From the IMG/VR virus record IMGVR_UViG_3300023082_000009, positions 30,880 to 94,879 of that record: DNA of 64,000 nt, one strand, 5' to 3'. Numbering within the stretch: position 1 is the first letter of the stretch; the number at the start of each line of letters is the position of its first letter. Source of the DNA: a virus. The notes beneath the pieces were generated by a model. That model worked only from the letters and a program-made list of their open reading frames with translations. It searched no databases and had not been told where the DNA came from. This document shows positions 56,230 through 64,000 of the stretch, piece by piece. Both the position numbers and the translations under genes were made by a program.

Positions 56230-56555
56230 CCACCTACTCCGACGGCGAACATGCCAAGCAAGTCCTCCAGGAGATAAGGAGGCTGCGCCCGGCGCTGTAC
56301 AACCGGATCAAGATCTGCAAAGGCACTCGCGCTGGCTTCACCAAGCAGCAGCGGGTGCTCCAGGTCACGCTCACCGACGGTCAGTATTACCAAGTCTGCT
56401 TCGCCCGCAAGGGTACCCACTTCGGCCAAGTCGTAGGGGAGTTGGTGGACTACCTGATGAAGTGGAAGGTGCGCGATGATCATGGACACCCTGTTTGCCC
56501 TGACGAAATTGGGGTACTTGTTTGCGATGTGGCAGATCTTAGCCATAAGCACTAA
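56226..56555 (+). CDS. hypothetical protein
   Basis: ATGA overlap. Confidence 0.55.
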   Translation: MTTYSDGEHAKQVLQEIRRLRPALYNRIKICKGTRAGFTKQQRVLQVTLTDGQYYQVCFARKGTHFGQVVGELVDYLMKWKVRDDHGHPVCPDEIGVLVCDVADLSHKH

Positions 56556-56723
56556 TGCCCTCGCGGCGGGCCACCGGACCCTACCCCTGGCCTCCCTCTC
56601 GATCCTCATAGGTCTCTCCCACTTCTCGGTGTGATGCAATCAATTGCACCGAGGTCAGTGTCGTACAAATCTTCTTCCCTTCTCGATATACTCCTGCCTA
56701 ACCGCAGACAGGAGTACCTCGCC

Positions 56724-57221
56724 ATGCCAGTTCCAGCAGGCTTTACCCAGATCCGTTCCGGCTTCATTGAGGTCGGGGACTTCATCTACCAACCCACCCT
56801 TGCCGTCTACCTGGAGGTCTACGCGGACTCGTCCTACGTAGGCTCGCCGGTCCGCAACCATAAGCAGGTTTGGCGGAACCCTGCCAAGGCTCACGCGCAG
56901 CTCATGGCCTCCACCGTGATCAAGTCACACACCGACCTCTGCGACGAGTTGCAGGAGTTCGACTCGGTACGTCTGCGCGAGAAGAACGGGTGGGGCGACA
57001 ACTACCGCATGGTCGTGTACAAAGACGACCAATTCATCTACCTGCGCAGACTGCGCAACGAAGGCGCTGACACCAGCAGCCGCACCTCCGACCGCGTGTG
57101 CCGCCGCACCGGCAAGGTCTGGTCCTGGACGGCGGGCGGATGGGAGCCCTACGAGGCCACCCTGGAAGAGAGCCCTATGGTCAGCAAGAACCTGGACATC
57201 GCCGCAGGCCTCGGAGCGTAA
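56724..57221 (+). CDS. hypothetical protein
   Basis: AGGAG SD. Confidence 0.65.
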   Translation: MPVPAGFTQIRSGFIEVGDFIYQPTLAVYLEVYADSSYVGSPVRNHKQVWRNPAKAHAQLMASTVIKSHTDLCDELQEFDSVRLREKNGWGDNYRMVVYKDDQFIYLRRLRNEGADTSSRTSDRVCRRTGKVWSWTAGGWEPYEATLEESPMVSKNLDIAAGLGA

Positions 57222-57222
57222 T

Positions 57223-57987
57223 ATGACCCGCGACCAAGAGTACCGCCTCTACCGCTATAAGCTGGCTATGGACCTGCTCGACGGCGAGTTGGAGAACCCC
57301 AACGGCTTCGTGGAAGTCAGCGTCGAGGAGAGCCCAGGCATATACACCGCCGAGGAAGTCTTCAAGCCGGAGTACCGGGACGCTCGGGTGCGGTTCGCCA
57401 TAGACACGTTGAAGGATCTAGGCCTGACCCCGCGCCGCGCCCGCGACATCTACGGCATGCAGGATGCTCGTCTGTTGCGGGAAATTGGCGGAGTAGACGC
57501 CAGGATTGTAGCGGGGTCTCCTCGCAGCGGTAGGCGTGGCCGTCCGCACCCTGGACGCCCCGCCCGCAGCGCTGATCAGGTTGCCGCAGACATGCGTGCG
57601 CTGGTAGAGATGGACGACCCGGCCCCGGTGGCCCGCAGCACCCCTAGCCAGTCCCTGCGGAGCCTGCTAGAGGCCGTGTGCAGCACACCCATGGCGCCAT
57701 CCGTGCCAGAAGTGCCGGAGTGGGGCGACACCGTGCTGCCCGCCACCCGGCGCCTGTTAGAGGGCGCACCCGAGCCAACCTATAACCCGGACGGCGACAT
57801 CGCGGACGACCTGCCCACCATGGCGGTAGACCGGTTCGGGGTGGAGTACGAAGTGCCACGCAAGGGCAAGAAGAGCAAGGACGGCAAATACTCGCTTACC
57901 GGCAAGAAGAAAGCACCACCTCCGCCCAAGCCGCAGCGCCGCTTGGTCGTGAAACGCAACAGGCCGCCAGTGGCGCCGGACGATTAA
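57223..57987 (+). CDS. hypothetical protein
   Basis: GGAG SD; basic C-terminus QRRLVVKRNRP. Confidence 0.65.
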   Translation: MTRDQEYRLYRYKLAMDLLDGELENPNGFVEVSVEESPGIYTAEEVFKPEYRDARVRFAIDTLKDLGLTPRRARDIYGMQDARLLREIGGVDARIVAGSPRSGRRGRPHPGRPARSADQVAADMRALVEMDDPAPVARSTPSQSLRSLLEAVCSTPMAPSVPEVPEWGDTVLPATRRLLEGAPEPTYNPDGDIADDLPTMAVDRFGVEYEVPRKGKKSKDGKYSLTGKKKAPPPPKPQRRLVVKRNRPPVAPDD

Positions 57988-58034
57988 CCCGACCTCGGGT
58001 AGACTGCAACCATCAACAACCAGGAGTACCACCA

Positions 58035-58403
58035 ATGCCTACATTCCATAACACCACCGACGTGCTTGCGTACCAGGAGGGCGACGTTCGCTTCCTCCCG
58101 ATTGCCCTGCCGTATGGCTTCAACCATTGGTCCGAGGCTGCACGTCAACTCCGCGAGGACAACCCTGACTTCTTCGCCGAGCGCGAGATCTGCTCTAAGA
58201 ACGACACCATCGGCGTGATCGCGTGCCAGGACGCCAACGGCAACGAAGTCGTGCGCGGCTTCATGGCCATGTGCACCGGCTCCCGCTACGTCTGCACCGA
58301 CTGGAAGCAGCGCCAGGGCACCCCGACCACCGTGCCGCAGGCCGACATCCTGGGCATCGCGGTGCGCAAAGGCCTCGTGACCCTGTTGAAGGTGAAGGTA
58401 TGA
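58035..58403 (+). CDS. hypothetical protein
   Basis: AGGAG SD. Confidence 0.7.
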   Translation: MPTFHNTTDVLAYQEGDVRFLPIALPYGFNHWSEAARQLREDNPDFFAEREICSKNDTIGVIACQDANGNEVVRGFMAMCTGSRYVCTDWKQRQGTPTTVPQADILGIAVRKGLVTLLKVKV

Positions 58404-58936
58404 ATAAGCCAGCAGCAGTAGTCGCCACGCTGGGTGAGGTAATCGGCTTGGCCACCGATTACTACTTGGCCTTCGACTTGGCCAACAATACCCACGCAGG
58501 CATCACGATCAAGCAAGAAACGCCGATCCAGTTCAATGTTTTCGTAACGCACGCGGACCACCAACACCAGCTTTTGGCCGTAGCGGTGAGGGACGGCTTG
58601 GGCGAGTGGGGAGTCACGTTCATGGATCTGACCAACCCGCAATGGCTGGTCATCCAGGAGCGTAACCAGGGCTTCGGTGTAGCTCGGTACAGCTACCAGA
58701 CCGCCGAGCAACTTTTCCGCGAATACGCCAAAGCGCACCACGCGGACGAGACGGTGACTTTCGTGAAGTCCTCCCCAGGCCGCACCGTCGTGCGCCGGGC
58801 GGTAGTGGTCGACGACCGCACCCTGAGCGCGGTGCCCTTCGGCGTGATCCTGGACGCACGCGTGATTCGTGGCGAGCGCATCTTTGCCCAGGACACCGAG
58901 CAAAACCCACGCTACGGCATCGACATCTACGGGTGA
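58400..58936 (+). CDS. hypothetical protein
   Basis: ATGA overlap. Confidence 0.65.
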   Translation: MNKPAAVVATLGEVIGLATDYYLAFDLANNTHAGITIKQETPIQFNVFVTHADHQHQLLAVAVRDGLGEWGVTFMDLTNPQWLVIQERNQGFGVARYSYQTAEQLFREYAKAHHADETVTFVKSSPGRTVVRRAVVVDDRTLSAVPFGVILDARVIRGERIFAQDTEQNPRYGIDIYG

Positions 58937-58939
58937 CCC

Positions 58940-59275
58940 ATGAACAAGCTCTCTCTCCTCGCAGCCCTGGTAAAAGACGCCTGGGCGAAGCGCAAGCAAC
59001 GCAAGAAGGTAGGCAAGCTGGGGCTCTGGGTGGCCGGGGAGATCCTGGACTCGGGCGATGAGTACGTGGCCTACATCACGGTCAACGGCAAGGCCAACGC
59101 CGTCCTGGTGCGCAGCGCCTCGAAGGCCACGGCCATCTCCCGCCGCAAGCTGATCATCGACACCATGATGTCGGCATCGCGGGAGGAGGCCCAGGAGCAG
59201 ATCCTCCGCAACCCCGTGCAATTGATTGCACGAACCCAGGGCGACGTTACCATCGTCAACCCCAAGGACCACTGA
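58940..59275 (+). CDS. hypothetical protein
   Basis: Coupled ORF; contains a palindrome copy. Confidence 0.6.
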   Translation: MNKLSLLAALVKDAWAKRKQRKKVGKLGLWVAGEILDSGDEYVAYITVNGKANAVLVRSASKATAISRRKLIIDTMMSASREEAQEQILRNPVQLIARTQGDVTIVNPKDH

Positions 59276-59290
59276 TGCACGGAGCTGGAC

Positions 59291-60010
59291 ATGACCGCCA
59301 ATCAATCACTGAACCTGGAGGAGGAGATCGCCAAGTTCCTGGCCAAGGGCGGTCAGGTCCAGGAGATCGAATCCAACCCATACCAGCCTCCCAGAATCCG
59401 CCAGGACGCCAGGGAGACGCGCAAGCCGCCACCGCGAAGACCCCGTAAGGTAGCCAAGGAAAACGGTCTATACGTCCTTACAGAGGACGCCAGAGCGTTG
59501 GCCAATAAATTCAAGCCAGTCATCAAAAAGTTGCTTGACGCCGGAATGAAGCTCACGGATATTCGCCGCGAAGTGGGCATAGACTGGAAGCCCGTAAGGG
59601 TGGCTGCGCACGAAGTAGGGTACCGACCCTTCAACCAACAAGAGCAGTACAAACGCGCCATGGCGCTATGGGCGCCGGTTGTTGAAGAGGTCGTGCAAGG
59701 CATCCTGGAGGGTGTGACACTTCGAGCCACCTGCCTGCGCCTGCGCGTCAGCGAGCCCAACGTACTCATCTACTGGGGCCGTTATATCGAGAACAACCCG
59801 CTCACCCCGGAACTCAGGAAAGGTCGCGGCTGTTACGCCCGTTGCTCGGACGAGGATATGCGCCTTGCGCTACAGCTCTACATAGAGCTGCATGGCTGCG
59901 GCATGCAACGAGCAGCCAAGGCCCTCGGGGTGGGGTGGCACAGAGCCGACCGCCTGTTGGCCGACCGCAAACCATACAAACCCCAGTGTAGGCCCACCCG
60001 GCAGTTGTAG
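59291..60010 (+). CDS. SutA-like N-terminus plus multiple HTH-like repeats, putative transcription regulator
   Basis: EEEIAKFLAKGGQVQEI N-terminus; LTDIRREVGI, LRATCLRLRVS, MQRAAKALGVG. Confidence 0.55.
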   Translation: MTANQSLNLEEEIAKFLAKGGQVQEIESNPYQPPRIRQDARETRKPPPRRPRKVAKENGLYVLTEDARALANKFKPVIKKLLDAGMKLTDIRREVGIDWKPVRVAAHEVGYRPFNQQEQYKRAMALWAPVVEEVVQGILEGVTLRATCLRLRVSEPNVLIYWGRYIENNPLTPELRKGRGCYARCSDEDMRLALQLYIELHGCGMQRAAKALGVGWHRADRLLADRKPYKPQCRPTRQL

Positions 60011-60046
60011 TTGATAAGATCGGGACATCAACAACGAGGAACCACC

Positions 60047-60811
60047 ATGTCCAACATAGACCGCTCATTCGTCCTATCCATCCTGGGCCGCCTTGACCGC
60101 TCGTATTTCCCATCGGTACTGCTCAACGTGGAGACCGCAGGCGTCGAGGGCGAAGACCGCGACTGGCACCTGTACGAGATCGGGGTAACCAACGGGGCGG
60201 AGATGTCCCTGGAGTACCTCAGCCCGCGCCTGAACGGCGGTATCGAGTGCCTCGCCAAGGCGTACCAGGAGATCTCCGTAGCCCTGGAGATGACCGCAGA
60301 CAGCTTGGAGCTGGAAGCCCTGGAGCCGCTCCTGGCTGCCCGCAACACCATCGCCAAGCACCTCAAGAGCGAGTGGGACAACTTCCACACAGCCATCCTC
60401 GGGTGGACCTGCGGCATCCTCGGCATCCGGCCCTCGTACCTAGAAGGGAAGGGCGACGACTTTGACGCAGGCGCTCTGGCCGCAACTCTGCTCCTGTTGC
60501 TCACTCGCGGCAGGCCACACCCGTTCTGGGCCTGGGCGGTAGACACCTACCCTCGTAAGCGCAATGTAGGGCTGGGCGAGATCCGTGGGCTGTACCGCGA
60601 GTTCTGCCGCGAGATCCCGGCAGCGGAGCTGACCCAGCTCCAGGGCATGGGCGAGCTGGCCAGCATCGCTAAGCAGTACATCACCTGGGCGCGTGTCGAG
60701 TACGAGGACATGAAGCGCCGTATCGAGGTGAAGACCGCAGGCATGCCAATCCCCACCGAAGAGCTGGCGCTCTGGGTGGCCCACGATGTGCTCAAGGACT
60801 TTGGTGACTGA
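60047..60811 (+). CDS. hypothetical protein
   Basis: GAGGA SD. Confidence 0.7.
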   Translation: MSNIDRSFVLSILGRLDRSYFPSVLLNVETAGVEGEDRDWHLYEIGVTNGAEMSLEYLSPRLNGGIECLAKAYQEISVALEMTADSLELEALEPLLAARNTIAKHLKSEWDNFHTAILGWTCGILGIRPSYLEGKGDDFDAGALAATLLLLLTRGRPHPFWAWAVDTYPRKRNVGLGEIRGLYREFCREIPAAELTQLQGMGELASIAKQYITWARVEYEDMKRRIEVKTAGMPIPTEELALWVAHDVLKDFGD

Positions 60812-60812
60812 C

Positions 60813-61103
60813 ATGGCCAGGGATATTCGAGAAGGTCCGCACAACCGCATCGAGCGAGCCGAGGAAGAGATCCCGGAGTTCCTGGCCATCGCTCGCGAAG
60901 CGATCAACGAATGGGGAGCGGGCGGTAAGTACCTCCCGCAAGCCGTCGCGGAGGCCCTGGAGCGTGTGTACCAGCTGGGCCTCAGCCGCTCGCCTATCCC
61001 GGCACCCAAGACCCCAGAACCAACGGTGCTCCGCCGCACCCGCACGCAACCTGCTGCCGCTCCTGCATCACAGCGCGTGCGCAGAACCCGACCAGCCAAC
61101 TGA
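60813..61103 (+). CDS. hypothetical protein
   Basis: C-terminus VLRRTR...RVRRTRP. Confidence 0.6.
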   Translation: MARDIREGPHNRIERAEEEIPEFLAIAREAINEWGAGGKYLPQAVAEALERVYQLGLSRSPIPAPKTPEPTVLRRTRTQPAAAPASQRVRRTRPAN

Positions 61104-61122
61104 CGCAACACCTGGAGCAAAC

Positions 61123-61545
61123 ATGACCCCTCAAGAAGAGCTGTACCAGCAGGTGCAGGAAGCGTTCAAGGATTGCGTAGACGTTGGCTCGGGCGAGCTG
61201 CTGCGCTTCGCTACGGAGTACGCCATGGGCGGATCTGTAGACATCACCGTAGCCATCATCGGCCACTCCGCAGACCTGCACACCAATGAAGACCCGTTCA
61301 ACTTTGAAGAGCGCACCTGGACTGAGCTTTTCGTGGAAGCCTGCCGCCGCACGTTCTACGACGAGCAGGGCTCCGCCAAGTACGGCACCCAGCACATCTA
61401 CAGCAACCCTGGGATGCTCAAGCTGGTCACCGTCGAACTGATCAAGTACGCCAACACCATCAAGTTCGACGACACCCCGTTCGATCCGGTCGACCTGCCA
61501 GCCAACGTGTTGCAGTTCCCGGCACCCACCAAGACCAGACAGTGA
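61123..61545 (+). CDS. hypothetical protein
   Basis: GGAG SD. Confidence 0.65.
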   Translation: MTPQEELYQQVQEAFKDCVDVGSGELLRFATEYAMGGSVDITVAIIGHSADLHTNEDPFNFEERTWTELFVEACRRTFYDEQGSAKYGTQHIYSNPGMLKLVTVELIKYANTIKFDDTPFDPVDLPANVLQFPAPTKTRQ

Positions 61546-61553
61546 GCTGACCT

Positions 61554-62600
61554 ATGGGACTCTTGAACCCCACCCTCGTGCGCCTTAGCCCGCACTTCCT
61601 GCTCTCGGACTTCATGGGCAGCGATACGGTCTACAGCACCGGCTTCGCCAACGTCTTCAACAAGGTTGCAGGCCACGACGAGCGACTGGCCAACGGTAGA
61701 GCACTGTGCGAGCACGCCCTGGAGCCGATCCTTGCTCTGGTCGGGCCGATCTCGATCTCCTATGGGTTTATCAGCCTTGATCTGTCCAAAGAGATCGTCA
61801 CCTACCAAGATCCGCGCAAGCCCTCCCACCACATGTGGAACCTCGGGGCGGCAGCGGACATCTGCCCGCATGCCTGGGTGCAGAACCTGTCTGGCCAAGT
61901 CAATGAGACCTGCTCGCCGATAGAGTTTGCGCTGCGGCACCTGCAAGACCTACCCCTGAGCCGCCTGATCACCTACAGCGAGTCGCCGTATATCTGCGTT
62001 GCGGTCAGCGCTGAGGAGGTCGCCAACGGCACCCCGCGCATGGCTTGGTACGAGAACCGCTACCAGGGCAAGAAGGGCGCGAAGCCCGACTATCGCAAGT
62101 ACCCCAGCGCCACCACCCGAGCCAACGCCCTCAAGCGCCTGGACCAGGACGGCATGGACCATGCCTGGGAGGGCAAGGGCTTCCCTACGTACCACGGCGG
62201 CGGGCGGCGGCAGCTGCACCACATCCGCGTGTCCAAGTACACGATGCTCACCGACTGGCTGTACGACGAAGAGTTCGTGGCCGATGGGGTGAAGAACCTC
62301 CCGCCGATCTCCAACCCTGCGGTCTGGGATGCCTTCGTGCGGGTGGGCGAGGTGTACGACACCCTCATCGAGCTGACCGGCCTGCCGCGCTTCTCCATCG
62401 TCTCCGGGTACACCTCCCCGCGCAGCGCCGGGTGGCTGCCGAACCACGATTGGCGCGGCGACACCATCGAGTTCGAGCTGGTCCCTCCGGGCTACAAGAC
62501 ACCGGAGGACATCGTGATCTCCGTACTGTTCGGCGGCTGGCCGAAGGACACCTACATCAAGGCGAACGACGGACGCCTCCTGATCACTATCGAGCGATAG
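61554..62600 (+). CDS. peptidase M15A-like protein (possible endolysin), duplicated domain
   Basis: RLSPHFLLSDF...LEP......ISISYGF...SHHM...AAADI; second degenerate copy VSKYTML...SIVSGY. Confidence 0.65.
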   Translation: MGLLNPTLVRLSPHFLLSDFMGSDTVYSTGFANVFNKVAGHDERLANGRALCEHALEPILALVGPISISYGFISLDLSKEIVTYQDPRKPSHHMWNLGAAADICPHAWVQNLSGQVNETCSPIEFALRHLQDLPLSRLITYSESPYICVAVSAEEVANGTPRMAWYENRYQGKKGAKPDYRKYPSATTRANALKRLDQDGMDHAWEGKGFPTYHGGGRRQLHHIRVSKYTMLTDWLYDEEFVADGVKNLPPISNPAVWDAFVRVGEVYDTLIELTGLPRFSIVSGYTSPRSAGWLPNHDWRGDTIEFELVPPGYKTPEDIVISVLFGGWPKDTYIKANDGRLLITIER

Positions 62601-62602
62601 CC

Positions 62603-63571
62603 ATGAAGCGGATCAACCTACGCAAAAGCCGTGAGCCGGAGGAAGGCCTGGAGAAGCCTGTCGAAGCAGACGCGAGCGGTCTGGTCTGGGAAGAGACAGA
62701 CGCCAAGGTACCTACCGAAGATGTGCCCCACATCCCGGTGACCGTGGGTGCACAGAGGCCAGGGCAGCGCACCCTCCGCGACGCGATCATGGGCCGACAG
62801 TTCTACTCTGGCGGCTTTGTTAACGACCCAGCTATCCGCAACGTAAGTAACGCGGCGGAGGCCCTGCGTGAGGCGTTCGGCGGGATGGGCGCCGCGATCA
62901 GCAGGAGAGCCCCGTCGATCAACTCACCAATCCAGGCCAGGAACGGCGCACTCAGCCAGGATATGATCAATCAGATGATTGACAACCTGCGGGCGCCCAG
63001 CATGTTCGAGACCCTAAACGAGATGGCCTTCGCCGTGGACCTGGGCAGCGAGCGCGACCGCACGGTGATGACCGGGCTGCGTGTGCGCGAGGACAGCAAC
63101 CTGCCACCCGACGTGATCATGGCGAGCACCGTGGAGCCTGGGGAAGGCGTGATCGCAAGGGCCGTGTACCGGGCACCTGTAAGCGTCCGGGCGGAGTCAA
63201 TGCTTAGCCAGTACCGTGAACTGAGCACCCGTGCGTTGCAGCGAGAAGGCTTCCGCGACCACATCCTGGGGACACGCCGAGCTGAGGACTACATAGGCCG
63301 AACTGCCGACCTCACTACGTTTTTTGAACGCACGGCCTCACGGATTGATTACTTCCGCCTCTCCGAGCTGGTCTTCTGGGGACGCAACGTCAACCGCATA
63401 GCCATCTTCCTGCTCAGTGGAGAAGGCGAGGAGTGCATGGTCGGGTTTAAGATAGACAACCCACTAAGAAACGTGGCCCACGAACTCGACATGTCGCAAG
63501 ACCAGAACCGCCGCCGCGCATGGGCTGTAGGTGAGCTGGTCGGCTGGGGCATGGCAGGAGCACGAGCATGA
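62603..63571 (+). CDS. hypothetical protein
   Basis: ORF starting MKRINLRKSR. Confidence 0.65.
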   Translation: MKRINLRKSREPEEGLEKPVEADASGLVWEETDAKVPTEDVPHIPVTVGAQRPGQRTLRDAIMGRQFYSGGFVNDPAIRNVSNAAEALREAFGGMGAAISRRAPSINSPIQARNGALSQDMINQMIDNLRAPSMFETLNEMAFAVDLGSERDRTVMTGLRVREDSNLPPDVIMASTVEPGEGVIARAVYRAPVSVRAESMLSQYRELSTRALQREGFRDHILGTRRAEDYIGRTADLTTFFERTASRIDYFRLSELVFWGRNVNRIAIFLLSGEGEECMVGFKIDNPLRNVAHELDMSQDQNRRRAWAVGELVGWGMAGARA

Positions 63572-64000
63572 AGCGAATCAACTTGCGGCAAGCGCGCCGG
63601 GCGGAGTCCGATAAGCCAGCAGAGACGGTGTACTCCAACCACCTGGGCGAGACCATCACGCGCCGTCAGTACCAAGAGACCTACACCGGTCAGGTCATCA
63701 ACGTGACGATCAACCCAGACCCTGCAATGGTGGAGGAGGGCGATTTTACCCGCCGCATCATGGAGACCATGCAAAGCAACAGGTCGCGTATCCGCGAGAC
63801 TGTTGGCACGGGCGAGCCAGCTATGCGTGACGCGGTGAGCCCTTCCGAGTTCCGCTACAACACCCGCGACGAGGCTATCAACGCCGCGCTGCTATGGTTC
63901 CACCGCGACCGCCCTAACTACCACGGTGCGGCCCGCACCCCGAGCAACTGGAACCGCCCGTGCACCGGCAGGCTGCGCGGGGAGCTGACCACCGTGAACT
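63568..64000 (+). CDS. hypothetical protein, 3'-truncated by window edge
   Basis: AGGAG SD, ATGA overlap, open to the end of the window; starts MKRINLRQARR. Confidence 0.6.
   Translation, partial: MKRINLRQARRAESDKPAETVYSNHLGETITRRQYQETYTGQVINVTINPDPAMVEEGDFTRRIMETMQSNRSRIRETVGTGEPAMRDAVSPSEFRYNTRDEAINAALLWFHRDRPNYHGAARTPSNWNRPCTGRLRGELTTVN

Larger units (their letters stand above)
1243..59231. repeat. dispersed 16-bp palindrome RTGCAAT(TG/CA)ATTGCAC, ~20 copies
   Basis: Starts at 1243, 3926, 9540, 13291, 18567, 23346, 29605, 31706, 35866, 36282, 39209, 41346, 42147, 43609, 44614, 44913, 47687 (degenerate), 51612, 56634, 59216. Confidence 0.92.

Noticed and set aside
1243-59231. Palindromes as terminators, REP elements or recombination sites
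   Set aside because: No U-tails, only 16 bp, present within CDSs, and no recombinase or inverted segments seen.

Overview
A 64-kb slice of a large, high-GC tailed-phage (Caudoviricetes) genome; the host is probably a high-GC proteobacterium (inference). Essentially all credible genes lie on the + strand. Layout: (1) 1-20.2 kb replication/recombination: initiator-like gene with an internal iteron/AT-rich origin candidate, degenerate DnaC-like protein, DnaB, PolA with an N-terminal UDG-like domain, primase, SSB, SF2 helicase, RecA, two resolvase-type nucleases, Cas4-like nuclease. (2) 20.2-26.8 kb ParB, rhomboid, ParB-ParB-methyltransferase, CmoA-like enzyme, TerS and TerL. (3) 27-33 kb nucleotide metabolism: thyA, ligase, dcd, phoH, rnhA. 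(4) 33-35 kb a small fibre cassette. (5) A promoter-led structured ~270-nt noncoding region ahead of a SLOG gene. (6) 36-45 kb a putative early/terminal region with its own cis motifs. (7) 45-64 kb many small accessory ORFs and an M15 peptidase. The most striking unexplained signals are: ~20 copies of the 16-bp palindrome RTGCAAT(TG/CA)ATTGCAC spread across the window, including inside genes; a terminase-linked CmoA/ParB-MTase candidate DNA-modification system next to a possible split ParB; an Arg-rich R-hydrophobic-hydrophobic-R-R tag on the termini of many DNA-transaction proteins; and the candidate ncRNA. All calls come from reading motifs by eye; no database search was run.
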